The position numbers and the translations under genes are program-made. Positions 63,643 through 64,000 of a DNA stretch of 64,000 nt are shown in pieces; within the stretch, counting starts at the first letter, position 1, and each line of letters opens with the position of its first letter. The stretch is from Candidatus Marinamargulisbacteria bacterium (GTDB lineage Bacteria; Margulisbacteria; Marinamargulisbacteria; UBA817): NCBI GenBank assembly GCA_049889215.1, contig JBMHDV010000020.1, forward strand, positions 77,279 through 141,278. The letters run 5' to 3'. Under the pieces are notes generated by a model. That model did no database searches and had not been told where the DNA came from. It worked only from the letters and a program-made list of their open reading frames with translations.

Positions 63643-64000
63643 TTAAATCACAATTTCGCTTGAAAAAACAAATGTTGCTGGCCCCTCTTTTAATACTTGG
63701 CGTGTTCCATCATCATAATTGATTTTTAGATCACCACCACGTAACTCAACAAGAGCATTTTTAGCTGCATATTTTTGCTCATATGCGGCAACAACAGCTG
63801 CACAAGCACCCGTACCACAGGCATTAGTCTCACCAACACCACGCTCCCAAACACGCATTTTTAACTGACTTTGGGATACCACCTGAATAAATTCAACATT
63901 GGTTCGTTGTGGAAAAAAGGAATGACACTCAATTAATGGACCAACATCTGTTACTGGAAAAGAATCAACATCATCAACAAAAATAACAACATGTGGATTT
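63643..64000 (-). CDS. dapF: Diaminopimelate epimerase, C-terminal part (the N-terminus lies beyond the window)
   Basis: MRVWERGVGETNACGTGACAAV is the DapF active-site Cys signature. The frame stays open to the window edge (…NPHVVIFVDDVD…). Confidence 0.85.
   Translation of the reverse strand, partial: NPHVVIFVDDVDSFPVTDVGPLIECHSFFPQRTNVEFIQVVSQSQLKMRVWERGVGETNACGTGACAAVVAAYEQKYAAKNALVELRGGDLKINYDDGTRQVLKEGPATFVFSSEIVI

Overview
This is an AT-rich, very compact bacterial core-genome window, with genes abutting or overlapping by a few nucleotides and frequent TAATG/ATGA junctions. I found no CRISPR array, integrase, transposase, prophage or recognisable defence island. The standard genetic code applies: all long ORFs are uninterrupted and end in TAA, TGA or TAG.

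Layout of the window:
- Positions 1-22.8 kb (minus strand) carry the conserved transcription/translation super-cluster. Reading in transcription order (high to low coordinates): tRNA-Trp, secE, nusG, rplK, rplA, rplJ, rplL, rpoB, rpoC, rpsL, rpsG, fusA, tuf, then the S10 and spc ribosomal-protein operons ending in a partial rpsE at the window edge.
- A divergent promoter region at 22.8-22.96 kb drives rplU-rpmA-obg-proB on the plus strand.
- Positions 25.4-38.5 kb are one long minus-strand run: leuC, leuD, eno, a frameshifted ftsB-like gene, an S1-domain protein, a secreted protein, a PASTA-domain pseudokinase, ribD, recG, rsmD, coaD, rph, a Cys-rich YkgJ-like protein and a JAB/MPN metalloprotease.
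- Positions 38.6-56.5 kb (mostly plus strand) hold a LonA-like AAA+ protease with a non-canonical N-terminal region, an orphan hisH translationally coupled to uvrA, a signal-peptide protein, a 1118-aa cadherin-like/beta-helix adhesin with a type IX secretion (T9SS) C-terminal sorting domain, dnaB, a short lptD-like gene, cca (minus strand), a UvrD-family helicase and pgi.
- Positions 56.5-63.6 kb (minus strand) form an envelope-export locus: a WecB/TagA glycosyltransferase, a polysaccharide pyruvyl transferase, an MMPL/RND exporter, an outer-membrane barrel protein and two tandem LolA-like paralogs. A partial dapF follows at the window end.

The T9SS tail, the LolA-like/MMPL locus, OstA/LptD and the beta-barrel proteins point to a diderm of the Fibrobacteres-Chlorobi-Bacteroidetes (FCB) superphylum with a streamlined genome.

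The most checkable oddities are:
- a septum-initiator (ftsB/divIC-like) gene split by a frameshift inside an A9 homopolymer;
- a Lon-like protease with an atypical N-terminus;
- a catalytically dead PASTA kinase;
- a JAB metalloprotease paired with a Cys-rich protein;
- lineage-specific tails and extensions on ribosomal proteins.

None of these amounts to a convincing new multi-gene system; they are candidates for follow-up.
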